Below the pieces are notes generated by a model that did no database searches, was not told the origin of the DNA, and worked only from the letters and a program-made list of their open reading frames with translations. The translations under genes were made by a program, and so were the position numbers. DNA of 62,580 nt, counting the filler. It is 9 parts of 9 records of this genome, joined end to end, with 100 filler letters (N's around TTAATTAATTAA, not from the genome) between each part and the next. Parts side by side here need not be neighbours in the genome. Positions count along the whole stretch, not along the records: positions 7,477 to 12,566 come from SRR31156797_34650; positions 12,667 to 18,279 come from SRR31156797_34687; positions 18,380 to 27,579 come from SRR31156797_34689; 6 more parts are not named here. One strand, given 5' to 3'. Shown here piece after piece: positions 8,992 through 20,017 of the stretch. Within the stretch, counting starts at the first letter, position 1; each line of letters opens with the position of its first letter.

Positions 8992-9987
8992 CTAAGAATT
9001 TCTAACTCTTTTATATTTTAAGAAAAGCCTGAACAAGATGTTTTGTAAGCATGGAGCTTTGCTTAAAAAAGCTCCTGCAAACTCACGTCTTTTCTTTTGC
9101 TTAACATACAATTCTAATCCACGCATCTGATATTTCGGGTCAACTATCCTTTTTGCGACCTCTTTACCACTTATTACAGCTCCCGGGATGCCCTCTCCCG
9201 TAGTTTTTAAGGTAAGACCTGCAGCATCACCAACTAGGAAGATATTTTTAAAAGTGCAGCCTTTAAAGAAAGTATTCACGCTTCCTGCCTTTATCTCAAC
9301 TGATGAAGATAGGCTGTGCTCTTTTATTTTTTCTCTGAGCAACGCTCTTAGATCATCAACATTTGCACTATCCGGCATGTATATCCCGACACTTGTAAAC
9401 TCCCTGTGAGGAAAAAACCACAAATATCCTGCACCAAATAACTTTTGATCAACAAACCAGACAGGCTCGTCCATTTTCAGGTCTATATCGGCATTTATTG
9501 CGATCGACAGTTTAGGTTTTAAGCCCAGATATTTTGCAACGATCGAATTTGCACCATCAGCTCCAACAAGATGTTTATAGAAGTATTCTCCTTTATCAGT
9601 TACAACCTTACCATTTTCGATCTTTTGCACTTTTTCTTCAAAATTGATCTGAACCTTTTCACTGTCGATCTGTGACAGTTGAAATTCTGATAGTTCAACT
9701 CTTGATACTGTTCTTAACGGTTGCTCAAATTTAACTCTGGAAACCTTATCGCCTATCATCACTACAACGTCCTTAAAGACTCTGGTGATCTCATCAGGAA
9801 TAAAAAGGTTTCCCGCAAGAGATGTTACTCCTCCTCCACAGTTCTTTTTTATTACCTTTCCACTTTTTTCTAGAATGAGAACTGAAAGATCGCTCTTTTG
9901 CAGAAATTGAGCACAGGTCAGACCGCCAGGGCCTGCACCGATGATTATTACATCAAAACTCGTTTTCAAAAGATTATCTGTTAACAA
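8992..9987 (-). CDS. FAD-dependent oxidoreductase, geranylgeranyl reductase family
   Basis: IIGAGPGG, CGGG, VGADGANS, GYLWFFP, LVGDAAG..TGEGI. Confidence 0.85.
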   Translation of the reverse strand: MLTDNLLKTSFDVIIIGAGPGGLTCAQFLQKSDLSVLILEKSGKVIKKNCGGGVTSLAGNLFIPDEITRVFKDVVVMIGDKVSRVKFEQPLRTVSRVELSEFQLSQIDSEKVQINFEEKVQKIENGKVVTDKGEYFYKHLVGADGANSIVAKYLGLKPKLSIAINADIDLKMDEPVWFVDQKLFGAGYLWFFPHREFTSVGIYMPDSANVDDLRALLREKIKEHSLSSSVEIKAGSVNTFFKGCTFKNIFLVGDAAGLTLKTTGEGIPGAVISGKEVAKRIVDPKYQMRGLELYVKQKKRREFAGAFLSKAPCLQNILFRLFLKYKRVRNS

Positions 9988-11323
9988 CTACAAAGAATTC
10001 TCTCCCGCCTCTATTTATGAGGAAAAGAACTGACTTAGTATTTTTTACGAATTTAACAACCTGGGATACTGATTTCACTTTTTTCTTATTTACAGCAACG
10101 ATCACATCACCTTTTAACACACCGGCGGCTAAGGCAAGTGAATCCGGAGCTACATCTTTAATAACAACCTTACCTTCTTTCATAGCAAGAGTGATCCCAA
10201 GCTCACCTGAAACAACCCCACTTGCTTCCTGATAGACTCCTGCAAAATCAAAATCTTTTTTAAGGATCAGTTTTAAAGTCTTTCTTTTTCCGTTTCTAAT
10301 AATGTTTACCGGAAGCTTTTTATTAAATTTACTAAAACCCACAGCATTCTTAAGTTTTGAAACGCTGTCGACTGTCTTTCCGTTGAATTTTGTTACAACA
10401 TCACCGGATTTTATTCCAGCCTTATCCGCAGGACTGTTCTTTGCAACACTGCTGATAAGAACTCCTTTTAGAGAACTCTTCAATTTAAGATATTTTCTAA
10501 GATCATCATTGAGCTCCTGGATAGTCACTCCCATCATAGCTCTTTGAATTTTTTTTCCGTTTTTCAGTTCAGAAGTGATAGATCTGACCATGTTTGCAGG
10601 AACCGCAAAACCTATTCCCATGTAGCCACCGGACTTTGAGAAAATTGCAGTATTCATTCCTATGACCTCTCCTTTAATATTAAGAAGCGGGCCTCCTGAG
10701 TTCCCTGGATTTATAGCTGCATCTGTCTGAATAAAATCCTCATATTCTGTGACATTCATTCCTGCTCTTCCCTTTGCTGAAACGATCCCGAAAGTAACAG
10801 TGTGAGAAAGCCCGAAAGGATTTCCTATAGCGATCGCAAAACTACCGACTTTGATCTTTTCACTGTTTGCAAATTTGAGTTCTCTGATATCACCTTTCTT
10901 GAATTTTTTGATCTTTACAAGCCCGACATCGGTCTGAGGATCAGTGCCTATAAGTTTTCCTTCGAACTCTTTTCCATTTATCTTAATCTCGATCTTTTCG
11001 GCGCCATCAATAACATGGTTGTTGGTTACAATAAGACCTTCTTTTTCATTTATGACAAAACCGGTGCCCATTCCTTCAGTTTTTGGGTTATAAGGCTGCA
11101 TTCTGCCCTTAAGTCCAAATTGACGCAGAAAATCAAAGAAAGGATCGCGGTAGTTACCTTTTGCCCTCTTGGTCACCTTTATAGCGGCTACACTCTTTTT
11201 AGCACTTTCAGAGATCTTAATTATCTCTTCTTCGATCGAGTGAATTCCACCTGCGGCGTGTGCCGTTGTGCCAAAAACTGAAACAGTAACAAGAACTAGT
11301 GCAAAAAACTTTATCATCTTCAT
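9974..11323 (-). CDS. degP: DegP/DegQ (HtrA) serine endoprotease with two PDZ domains
   Basis: VTNNHV, IQTDAAINPGNSGGPL; start moved to 11323 (GGGGAGG RBS, signal peptide). Confidence 0.93.
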   Translation of the reverse strand: MKMIKFFALVLVTVSVFGTTAHAAGGIHSIEEEIIKISESAKKSVAAIKVTKRAKGNYRDPFFDFLRQFGLKGRMQPYNPKTEGMGTGFVINEKEGLIVTNNHVIDGAEKIEIKINGKEFEGKLIGTDPQTDVGLVKIKKFKKGDIRELKFANSEKIKVGSFAIAIGNPFGLSHTVTFGIVSAKGRAGMNVTEYEDFIQTDAAINPGNSGGPLLNIKGEVIGMNTAIFSKSGGYMGIGFAVPANMVRSITSELKNGKKIQRAMMGVTIQELNDDLRKYLKLKSSLKGVLISSVAKNSPADKAGIKSGDVVTKFNGKTVDSVSKLKNAVGFSKFNKKLPVNIIRNGKRKTLKLILKKDFDFAGVYQEASGVVSGELGITLAMKEGKVVIKDVAPDSLALAAGVLKGDVIVAVNKKKVKSVSQVVKFVKNTKSVLFLINRGGREFFVVVNR

Positions 11324-11396
11324 AAGATATCCTCCCCAAATAAACAACCATCCAGTTTTAAATAACAGCTGAAGCGGCTTTTTTATTTCAGACTTC

Positions 11397-11735
11397 TCAA
11401 AGTTTACGAAGTTTCTCCCCGGCAAGGAAGTGCATGTGAAAATGAAAAATTATCTGGCCGGCATCCTTTCCGGAGTTTACAAGAACCCTGTAACCGCTCT
11501 CCTTGACACCGAGGATCTCAGCCACTTTTTTAGCAACTGTGAAAATTGAGGCAAAGATCTGATCATCATCTTTGGTTACATCATTTATAGAAGCAATGTG
11601 TTTCCTTGGAATAATTAATAGATGATGAACATAGGCCGGATTAATATCCTTTATCACAAAAAAATTATCATCCTCATAAACTTTTTCTGAAGGGATATCC
11701 CCTCTTTCGATCTTACAGAATAAACAATCTTCCAT
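11397..11735 (-). CDS. hinT: HIT family purine nucleoside phosphoramidase
   Basis: MEDCLFCKI, HFHMHFL histidine triad; GGAGG RBS. Confidence 0.92.
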   Translation of the reverse strand: MEDCLFCKIERGDIPSEKVYEDDNFFVIKDINPAYVHHLLIIPRKHIASINDVTKDDDQIFASIFTVAKKVAEILGVKESGYRVLVNSGKDAGQIIFHFHMHFLAGEKLRKL

Positions 11736-11749
11736 TTTTTCCTCCAAAG

Positions 11750-12565
11750 TTACTTCTTTTTGACATGAAAAATATACATTACTGTCGTGAAAAAAGAAAG
11801 CATAAGCGTCACAGCAGTGATCTGAGGAATATGAAGCCCAAATGAAACAGTGAAGAGATTTGCAGCAAAGGGAAGTGATGACAGAATAACACCTTTAAAG
11901 ATTTTATCTCTCACTTTTGCAGATATGACAATGAGGTGAAGAAAGGTGGCAAGAAAGGGTTTAACCATAAAGATGCTTCCCCCACTCGGGTCCCCTGTCC
12001 AGAAAACTGTTGAAGCTTTTGTTTCAAAGTCTCTTTGTGTAATTATTAGATCCTTCTCATCAGGAAGCACTTCTTCAACACTTCCTGCTATCCTTGAACA
12101 TTCTTTCCATAGTTTCGGCTGCTCAGGGGAAGCAATTATAGTTTCAACTCCGTACTGTTTTTTAAGAACATCGAGGATAGATGAATTCGTCGAAGGCTTT
12201 ATCTTATCAATTGCGTAATATCCGATTATTTTCTTATCTTCAGCAAGCGCAATATAGCTGAGATCCTCATTGAAGTCCGGCATTGCAACACCTTTAAGAT
12301 GATAATTCTTGTCAGCTTTCATAACTTTAAGAGGCGCCATTGCAAGAGTTGTCCCATCTTCCATTTTGCTTGAGAACAGTTTGTCTTTCTTTAAAATATC
12401 ATTGTACTCTTTATTTTTCTGAGCGGCCATATTGAGCGCTTCGACCTTTGCCAGAAACTCTTTTTTATCAACTCCCGGAGCTGTTTCTATCCCATAAAGA
12501 TTAAAATGCGGAAAAGTAAGGAAAGAATCTGTGTCAAAGATGAGTCTTTTTATTACCGCACCACT
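11750..12565 (-). CDS. Degenerate P-type ATPase-like membrane protein (5'-truncated)
   Basis: Frame open to contig edge: IKRLIFDTDSFLT, IGYYAIDKIKP, EVLPDEK, VFWTGD, two C-terminal TM helices. Confidence 0.6.
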   Translation of the reverse strand, partial: SGAVIKRLIFDTDSFLTFPHFNLYGIETAPGVDKKEFLAKVEALNMAAQKNKEYNDILKKDKLFSSKMEDGTTLAMAPLKVMKADKNYHLKGVAMPDFNEDLSYIALAEDKKIIGYYAIDKIKPSTNSSILDVLKKQYGVETIIASPEQPKLWKECSRIAGSVEEVLPDEKDLIITQRDFETKASTVFWTGDPSGGSIFMVKPFLATFLHLIVISAKVRDKIFKGVILSSLPFAANLFTVSFGLHIPQITAVTLMLSFFTTVMYIFHVKKK

Positions 12566-12666
12566 ANNNNNNNNNNNNNNNNNNNNNNNNNNNNNNNNNN
12601 NNNNNNNNNNTTAATTAATTAANNNNNNNNNNNNNNNNNNNNNNNNNNNNNNNNNNNNNNNNNNNN

Positions 12667-13904
12667 TTCTCCGTCTGCTTCCGGAAGGGTTCCTTCGTCG
12701 CCCGATTCCGCACCAGTTCAACGGTCCAGAACAGACCCATCCCCCGAACGTCACCGACGCATGGGTGTTTCTGCCGTAGTCCTTTGAGACGTTTGCCGAG
12801 GTAGTGGCCCATCTCGGTCACGCGGTCGAGCAGCTTGTCTTCCTGGATCACGCGCAGACTGGCCAGTGCTGCGGCGCACGCCAGTGCGTGGCCCGAGAAG
12901 CTTTGGCCGTGGGCGAACATGCAGTCGTCAAAGACCTTGGCGATCTTGCTGCTGAAAACCGTTGCGGCCAGTGGACAATACACCCCCAGAGCCTTGCCCA
13001 GCACCATGATGTCGGGCTCGATGCCATAGTGCTCGATCGCAAACATCTTGCCCGTTCTACCGAGCCCCGTCATCGTTTCATCGATGATCAGGACAATGTC
13101 TTGCCGATCGCAGATCTGCCGCAGCCTTGGAAAATACTCCGGCGGGGGCGGGAGGATGCCGTTGGAGCCGACGACCGGTTCGACGATCACGGCCGCCACT
13201 TGGTTGGATCCTCCTTCCAGTTCGATCATCTGGTCGATGTACTCGGCACAGTCCAGATCGCACCCGGGATAGGTTTTCCCGAAGGGACAGCGGTAACAAT
13301 AGGCGTCGGGTGCGTGCTTGAAGCCCGGCGTGATCAGCGGCTCGGCGAACCAGCGTCGCGGGTCGCCCCCGGCCGCGAGCGCTCCGCCGATCGAGCCGTG
13401 CCAGGAGCGATAGCGCGAGATGATCTTGTGAGGGTAGGGATAGTGCATACCGGGGGTGAGGTTGGCGGGGCCTCGCTCGATCATCCGCGTGTACTGGTAG
13501 AAACGGGCCGCCTTGAGGGCCGCTTCCACCGCGCCCGCTCCGCTCTGGGCGAACCAGATGCGTTTGTCGGAATCGCCCGGCGTGATCTGGGCAAGTGTTC
13601 GCGCCAGTGCCGCCGTGGGCTCCGTGGCGAAGTCGTCCGTGACATAGACGACCTTCTCCATCTGTTCCCGCATCGCCTGCAACACCTTGGGATGTCGAAA
13701 GCCCAGGTTGATGGACTCATGGGCGCTACGCAGATCGAAGATCCGCCGGCCGTCGGGGGTATGAATCCAGCAGCCTTCCGTCTTCTCGACGGGGATCGGT
13801 GCATAGTCTCGCTGGGTGCTCCAGCATTGCATGAGATGCCGGCCTTGGACGGCGGCGACATCGATGTTCGTCTCAGGCGGTCTTTTCGCGTTTGTCGTGT
13901 CCAT
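12667..13904 (-). CDS. Class III PLP aminotransferase (taurine/omega-amino acid type), 3'-truncated
   Basis: SWHG, EPVVGSNG, IDETMTGLGRTG, PDIMVLGKAL, GDVRGMGL; AAGGAG RBS before ATG 13904. Confidence 0.88.
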
Positions 13905-14155
13905 CACGGGCTCCTTGACATTGACATTCACAGGCCGGATAAGTATACCAGATGGAAGGCGTCCGCGGTCGCTAGAGTTGTGTTAGGCGGTGACAGGGGG
14001 GGGATTCCCGCACCGGCCCACCATGTGCGAATGGGTCGCGGTGAGAGGACGATGCGGGATCCATCGATCTGGAAGAGAGCAACCATAGAGGGTTCCCTTC
14101 TGGAGGGCGGACGCGCTGTAGCGTTAGGCAGATGTCGGAAAGGAATGAGTCACAA

Positions 14156-15559
14156 ATGAACCAACGCATGCCACGTGGCGAGGAAGGCGATACGAACCTA
14201 TCAGTGCAACGAAAGGCGTGGGCTTCTCAACACGTCGGCTCTGGGACTCAGGCCCTGCTGGATCGAGATGCGGCGGTGTTCCTGCGCCAGTCGCTCTCCA
14301 CGCCGTGTCTCTCGGCCGTGCGCAAGGCCGAGGGCATTTGGATCGAGGATCTGGATGGCCGGCGGTACATGGATTTCCATGGCAACAACGCCCATCACAT
14401 CGGCTATGGCCATCCCCGGCTGATCGAAGCCCTGACGCGCCAGATGCAGGAATTGTGCTTCGCCCCGCGACGCTACACCTGTGAAGTCGCGGTTGAACTG
14501 GCGGAGAAGCTTGTCGCCATTGCGCCCGGGGTAGGGGCGAAGGATCATTCGCCCTTACGCAAGGTGTTGTTTGCCACAGGAGGATCGGATGCGATTGAGA
14601 TTGCGCTGGCCTATGCCCGCGCCGCAACCAGGCGATTCAAGACCATTTCTTTTTGGGATGCCTTTCATGGCGCTGGGTTTGGGGCGCGCAGTGTGGGCGG
14701 CGAGAAGATGTTTCGCAGCGGTCCGATCGGCCCACTGCTGCCTGGAACGGAACACGTTCCACCTTTCGGTGACTACCGCAATGCCTGGGGGGTGACCGCC
14801 GGGGCGGGAGAACTCTGCGCCAATCAGATTCGGTATATTCTGGAGAAGGAGGGAGACATCTGCGCCGTGATCGCCGAGCCGATCCGGGCGGTCCCGTATG
14901 TTCCGCCGGCGGGATTCTGGCAGAAGGTGCGTCGGGCCTGCAACGAATTCGGTGCCCTGTTGATCTTCGACGAGATTCCTACGGGGCTTGGGAAGACCGG
15001 CCGGATGTTCGCCTGTCAGCACGATGACGTCGTGCCCGACATTCTGGTGTTGGGCAAGAGCCTGGGCGGCGGCGTCGTGCCGATTTCGGCCGTGCTGTGT
15101 CGGTCCGAATTGGACGTGTGCGGCGCTTTGGCCTACGGGCACTATACACATGAGAAGAATCCGGTGACCACGCGGGCCGCTCTGACAACCCTTCAGATCA
15201 TCGAAGACGAAGGGCTCGTGGCCCGGGCCGCCAGGTTGGGTGAAACGGCCTTGACGCGTCTGGAGGAAATGAAGCGGCGGCATCGGCTCATCGGCGATGT
15301 CAGAGGACGCGGATGTCTGCTGGGTATTGAGCTTGTGCGGGATCGCCAGACCCGAGAGCCTGCCTGCGCGGCGGCCGATATGGTTCTCTACCGGGCCCTG
15401 GAGCGGGGCCTGAGCTTCAAAACCACCATGGGCAATGTGCTGACTCTGACGCCTCCGCTGATTACCACGGAAGCGCAGATGCATGATGCGCTGGACATCG
15501 TCGAAGCGTGTATTGCCGAGGCTGAGACATCAATCGCATCTCCTTCGACCGGAAAATAA
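14156..15559 (+). CDS. pbfA: Class III PLP enzyme, PbfA-like (R)-1-hydroxy-2-aminoethylphosphonate ammonia-lyase
   Basis: EGDTN, FLRQSLSTPCL, MDFHGNN..GYGHP, FAPRR, WDAFHGA, HYTHEKNP match my recollection of PbfA; start uncertain (14132/14156/14168). Confidence 0.72.
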   Translation: MNQRMPRGEEGDTNLSVQRKAWASQHVGSGTQALLDRDAAVFLRQSLSTPCLSAVRKAEGIWIEDLDGRRYMDFHGNNAHHIGYGHPRLIEALTRQMQELCFAPRRYTCEVAVELAEKLVAIAPGVGAKDHSPLRKVLFATGGSDAIEIALAYARAATRRFKTISFWDAFHGAGFGARSVGGEKMFRSGPIGPLLPGTEHVPPFGDYRNAWGVTAGAGELCANQIRYILEKEGDICAVIAEPIRAVPYVPPAGFWQKVRRACNEFGALLIFDEIPTGLGKTGRMFACQHDDVVPDILVLGKSLGGGVVPISAVLCRSELDVCGALAYGHYTHEKNPVTTRAALTTLQIIEDEGLVARAARLGETALTRLEEMKRRHRLIGDVRGRGCLLGIELVRDRQTREPACAAADMVLYRALERGLSFKTTMGNVLTLTPPLITTEAQMHDALDIVEACIAEAETSIASPSTGK

Positions 15560-15584
15560 GCCTCTCAAAGAGCATTCCGTCATC

Positions 15585-15600
15585 TGGTATGGCAGTTGCA
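15585..15600 (+). promoter_or_regulatory. Putative sigma54 -24/-12 promoter upstream of nifA
   Basis: TGGTATGGCAGTTGCA, with GG-N10-GC spacing. Confidence 0.6.
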
Positions 15601-15810
15601 TATCCAATAAGGGAAAGCCTGCTCCCCTGGGGGCGGCCGGCCAGGTTCTGACCGTTGATTGGATTGTGCCGCTTTTCTGTAAGTTATTATTTAATAAATA
15701 CTTCGACGGCCCATGGCGGTCTCTGGAGGTCGGGGTAGAAGGCCTGTTATCATCCGCCTGTGCCTACGATAATGTAGGAAAGCAGGGGCGGTGCAACGAA
15801 AACGTATGAA

Positions 15811-17400
15811 ATGGAACACGTTATGAAATGCGGAGAGACCGACCATGAGGCCCGAATCCGGCCACTCGATGCGCTGCGGACCATTGCCAAGCCCCTGAGT
15901 GCCTACTTCGGGCAACGGCAAATGCTCCAGCAAGTGCTGGCCAATATGGAGGAACAGTTCGGTTTGCGCCGCTGCACCGTGATGCTGCTGTCGCACAGCG
16001 GCGCGGAACTCGTCTTTGAAGCGGCCGGCAGTACGACATCGATGCCGCAGGAGTGTGCTTCCTACCGTAAGGGGGAGGGCGTGACCGGTCGGGTGCTGGA
16101 GACGGGGCGCGCCGCCATTGTGCCACGCATCGCCGCCGAGCCCGCCTTTCGCGGGCGCATCCATCAGCGGGGCTCCGAGGAGAACGAAGCCGCTGGGTTC
16201 ATCTGCGTTCCGATTTCCATCGGCTCGCAAGTGGTGGGGACACTCGCTGGTGATGTGCCGCATGACGCCAAGATCCAAATGGAGGACGCGACCGACCTGA
16301 TGGGGATTGTCTCGTGCATGATTGCCCACGATGTGCAACTTCGGCGCGAGGCGCGCCAGCGCTTTGAAATGCTCGAGCAGGAGAACCGCCGCCTGCGCGG
16401 TGAGATCGAGAGTTGTGAGCGTCCTTCCAATCTGGAGGGCAATTCCCATGCCATGCGCGAGGTCTTTCGCCGGATTCACCAGGTGGCGCCTTCCGACACG
16501 ACGGTGCTGATCCGTGGGGAATCGGGGACGGGCAAGGAACTCGTCGCTTCCGCCATTCACTACGCCAGTACGCGGGCGGGCGGTCCGTTCGTGAAGGTCA
16601 ATTGTGCGGCCTTGAGCGAAAGCCTGCTCGAAAGCGAGCTCTTCGGCCATGAGAAGGGCGCCTTCACCGGCGCGCTACAACCTCGTATCGGCAGAATTGA
16701 GGAGGCCCAGGGCGGTACACTGTTTCTGGATGAGATTGGGGACTTTTCTTTGTCTTTGCAGGTCAAGCTGTTGCGTGTGCTTCAGGAGAGGGAATTCCAG
16801 CGGGTCGGCAGCAATGAAACGATCACGGCCGACATTCGCATTCTGGCCGCCACGAACCGGGATCTGGAAGCGGCCATGGCCGACCAGCAGTTTCGTCATG
16901 ATCTCTATTATCGCGTCAACGTGTTCGCCATCCACATGCCTCCCTTGCGCGAGCGAAAGGACGACGTCATGGTCCTGGCCGATCACTTCGTGACGAAGTT
17001 CGCCAAGAAGATGGGCAAAGAGGTTCGCCGCATCAGTACCAGCGCGATCAACATGATGTATGCCTATCACTGGCCCGGGAACGTGCGCGAACTGGAGAAC
17101 TGCATCGAGCACGCCGTGCTGCTGAGCAGTGACAACGTGATTCATGCCTATGATTTGCCGCCGACGCTGCAGACGCCGGAGGAGGGCGGGGCGGCGGTCT
17201 CGCCCACGTTGAAGTCGCGTGTCCATCTGCTCGAACGGGATATGATTGTCGATTCGCTCAAACGCCACGACGGCAGCGTCAAACGAGCCGCGACCGAACT
17301 GGGCATCACCGAACGCATGATCCGCTACAAGATCAAGAAACTGGATATCGATTATCGGTGCCTGTTTCGCAGGAACTCCCGGCCGCGCTCATCGGTATGA
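15811..17400 (+). CDS. nifA: NifA-type sigma54 activator (GAF-AAA+-HTH)
   Basis: GEGVTG GAF domain, [26 protein letters not shown]-terminal HTH; adjacent to nifH. Confidence 0.88.
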   Translation: MEHVMKCGETDHEARIRPLDALRTIAKPLSAYFGQRQMLQQVLANMEEQFGLRRCTVMLLSHSGAELVFEAAGSTTSMPQECASYRKGEGVTGRVLETGRAAIVPRIAAEPAFRGRIHQRGSEENEAAGFICVPISIGSQVVGTLAGDVPHDAKIQMEDATDLMGIVSCMIAHDVQLRREARQRFEMLEQENRRLRGEIESCERPSNLEGNSHAMREVFRRIHQVAPSDTTVLIRGESGTGKELVASAIHYASTRAGGPFVKVNCAALSESLLESELFGHEKGAFTGALQPRIGRIEEAQGGTLFLDEIGDFSLSLQVKLLRVLQEREFQRVGSNETITADIRILAATNRDLEAAMADQQFRHDLYYRVNVFAIHMPPLRERKDDVMVLADHFVTKFAKKMGKEVRRISTSAINMMYAYHWPGNVRELENCIEHAVLLSSDNVIHAYDLPPTLQTPEEGGAAVSPTLKSRVHLLERDMIVDSLKRHDGSVKRAATELGITERMIRYKIKKLDIDYRCLFRRNSRPRSSV

Positions 17401-17445
17401 GAACTATCGTATGCAATACCGCGGTACCGCTGCGCGCCCAGCGCG

Positions 17446-17493
17446 TCTGACAAAAGTGTTACAATCGATCCGTTTTGTGACAATTCTGTCACA
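17446..17493. promoter_or_regulatory. Tandem putative enhancer (UAS) sites for nifH
   Basis: TCTGACAAAAGTGTTACA (17446-63) and TGTGACAATTCTGTCACA (17476-93). Confidence 0.6.
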
Positions 17494-17713
17494 CGCCCTC
17501 CGCCGGCCCTCTCCGCATGTTCTATGAGCCTGGCCTGGCGCACTGGCCCCCAAGAGTGACAACCATTTCCTTTTGACGGTTTCCAGGCGGTTGCCGTCGG
17601 TCCGCATGTCTACCCACGATGGCGGAAAAAGGTTCGCGCAAAACCTTCGTCCCTTGGTCCGTATCGCCATTCTGGAGCGATTTCAGCGAAAGGACTGACT
17701 GGGTCGCACACTC

Positions 17714-17728
17714 TGGCACGCCACTTGC
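17714..17728 (+). promoter_or_regulatory. sigma54 promoter of nifH
   Basis: TGGCACGCCACTTGC, canonical TGGCACG-N4-TTGC. Confidence 0.9.
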
Positions 17729-17748
17729 CTAAAGGTAAGGTGTCGTGA

Positions 17749-18279
<531 letters not shown>

Positions 18280-18542
18280 NNNNNNNNNNNNNNNNNNNNN
18301 NNNNNNNNNNNNNNNNNNNNNNNTTAATTAATTAANNNNNNNNNNNNNNNNNNNNNNNNNNNNNNNNNNNNNNNNNNNNAAATAACGTTTGATATTCTTC
18401 ATTTTCGAATGTTTTTCCAAATGTAATTCAATTTGAATAGTTTTTATAATCGATACTTTCTTTTTTACTAAATTGCTAAATGTTTAATTGCGCTAATAAC
18501 TTATACAAAAAAAACCTGGAAATAAAAAGGGATTACCAAAAA

Positions 18543-19100
18543 ATGCAACAACTTATAGATTATATAAACCAATATGCAAAACTTGATAACGATGCAATTG
18601 CAGAACTGAATTTAAGAACCAAAATTGAAAGATTTTCGAAAAAAGAGTTTATTCTTGAGCAAGGACAATATTGTAATAAAATTTGGTATATAAAATCGGG
18701 AATGGTTCGCAAATTCCATCTTCACGAGGGTAAAGAAATTACCGCCTGGATTCACTGCGAAAATGAAACCATTACATCGTTGCACAGTTATTTTCACAAA
18801 ATTCCGTCAGTGGAATATTTGCAGGCCTGCGAAGACACAGTACTCATTGGTATTTCACGACAAAACAGTGAAATGCTGGCAAGGTTCCCGCAATTTGTAA
18901 CGTTTAGCAATGCATTAATGACGGAGCAATTTGTGCAGGTTGATGTAAATACCAGAGAATTCAATTTAATGACCGCCAAAGAAAAATACGAATACCTGAA
19001 ACGAATCTCGCCGGAAATTATTAAAAGAGCAAAATTAGGGCATATTGCATCGCTAATGGGCGTTACACAGGAAACATTAAGTAGGATAAGAAAACAATGA
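18543..19100 (+). CDS. Crp/Fnr family regulator (Bacteroidota type)
   Basis: cNMP-binding barrel and IASLMGVTQETLSRIR HTH. Confidence 0.9.
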   Translation: MQQLIDYINQYAKLDNDAIAELNLRTKIERFSKKEFILEQGQYCNKIWYIKSGMVRKFHLHEGKEITAWIHCENETITSLHSYFHKIPSVEYLQACEDTVLIGISRQNSEMLARFPQFVTFSNALMTEQFVQVDVNTREFNLMTAKEKYEYLKRISPEIIKRAKLGHIASLMGVTQETLSRIRKQ

Positions 19101-19107
19101 TAATTTT

Positions 19108-19121
19108 TTGATCTACATCAA
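19108..19121. promoter_or_regulatory. Crp/Fnr-type operator
   Basis: TTGAT-CTAC-ATCAA palindrome, followed by GAACTTTG (TAnnTTTG-like) at 19144. Confidence 0.7.
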
Positions 19122-19168
19122 AAAAAATGCATTTCCGGTTTCCGAACTTTGCCGGAAATATTAATGCA

Positions 19169-20017
19169 ATGCAAAAAAATTCGGTATTTAAATCAGAAAA
19201 AGGAAAAACAGAAATCCTTGAATTTTACGACAAAATTCTTGATAAATGGCCTCAAAAATGCCGTAAACAATTTATAAAAACCCGTTATGGTTTTACGTTT
19301 GTTATTGAGTGTGGAGATAAAACCAAACCACCAATAATTTTACTTCATGGCTCGGGCTCAAACGCTGCTATGTGGAGTGCCGATGTACACAAATATTCAA
19401 AAAACCATAGAGTTTTCGCTATTGATATAATTGGAGAGTGCGGGAAAAGCACAGAAAGTCGACCGAAATTTACCGATGCACACTATTCTAACTGGTTACT
19501 CGATATTATTACTGAACTACAAATTTCGCATGCTACAATAATTGGTTGTTCTCTTGGAGGCTGGATTGCTATCGATTTTTCAATTCATCATCCGGAAAAA
19601 ATAAATAAACTGGTTTTAATTGCAACCGGAGGAATTTCGCAAATTAAGTTTTCTTCCATATTACTTATAATGATTACATCGGTAGCGGGAAAATGGGGAT
19701 TCAATAAAATGAATAAAATGATTTATGGTAATCTGAACCTCGATATACAAACGCTCCGGTTTATTCAAATGGTTAAAAAATATTTTATTCCGCGAACCGA
19801 TATATTGCCACTATTTTCTGATAAACAATTGCAAACCATAAACAAACCTGTTTATTTTATTGGTGGTGAAAATGATTGTTTCTATAACCCATTCAAAGTT
19901 TCTAAACGACTTAAAAAGAATAACATAAAATCAGAATGTAAAATCCTTAAAAACACAGGACATGTAATTACTCATTCATCAAACGAAATTATTCCATTTT
20001 TAGAAAACAATAGATGA
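19169..20017 (+). CDS. Alpha/beta hydrolase
   Basis: LLHGSG, GCSLGG nucleophile elbow, TGH. Confidence 0.88.
   Translation: MQKNSVFKSEKGKTEILEFYDKILDKWPQKCRKQFIKTRYGFTFVIECGDKTKPPIILLHGSGSNAAMWSADVHKYSKNHRVFAIDIIGECGKSTESRPKFTDAHYSNWLLDIITELQISHATIIGCSLGGWIAIDFSIHHPEKINKLVLIATGGISQIKFSSILLIMITSVAGKWGFNKMNKMIYGNLNLDIQTLRFIQMVKKYFIPRTDILPLFSDKQLQTINKPVYFIGGENDCFYNPFKVSKRLKKNNIKSECKILKNTGHVITHSSNEIIPFLENNR

Noticed and set aside
12804-14159. 451-aa plus-strand ORF, and similar antisense ORFs at 14555-15484 and 15691-16650
   Set aside because: Shadows of real genes in high-GC DNA; no recognisable motifs
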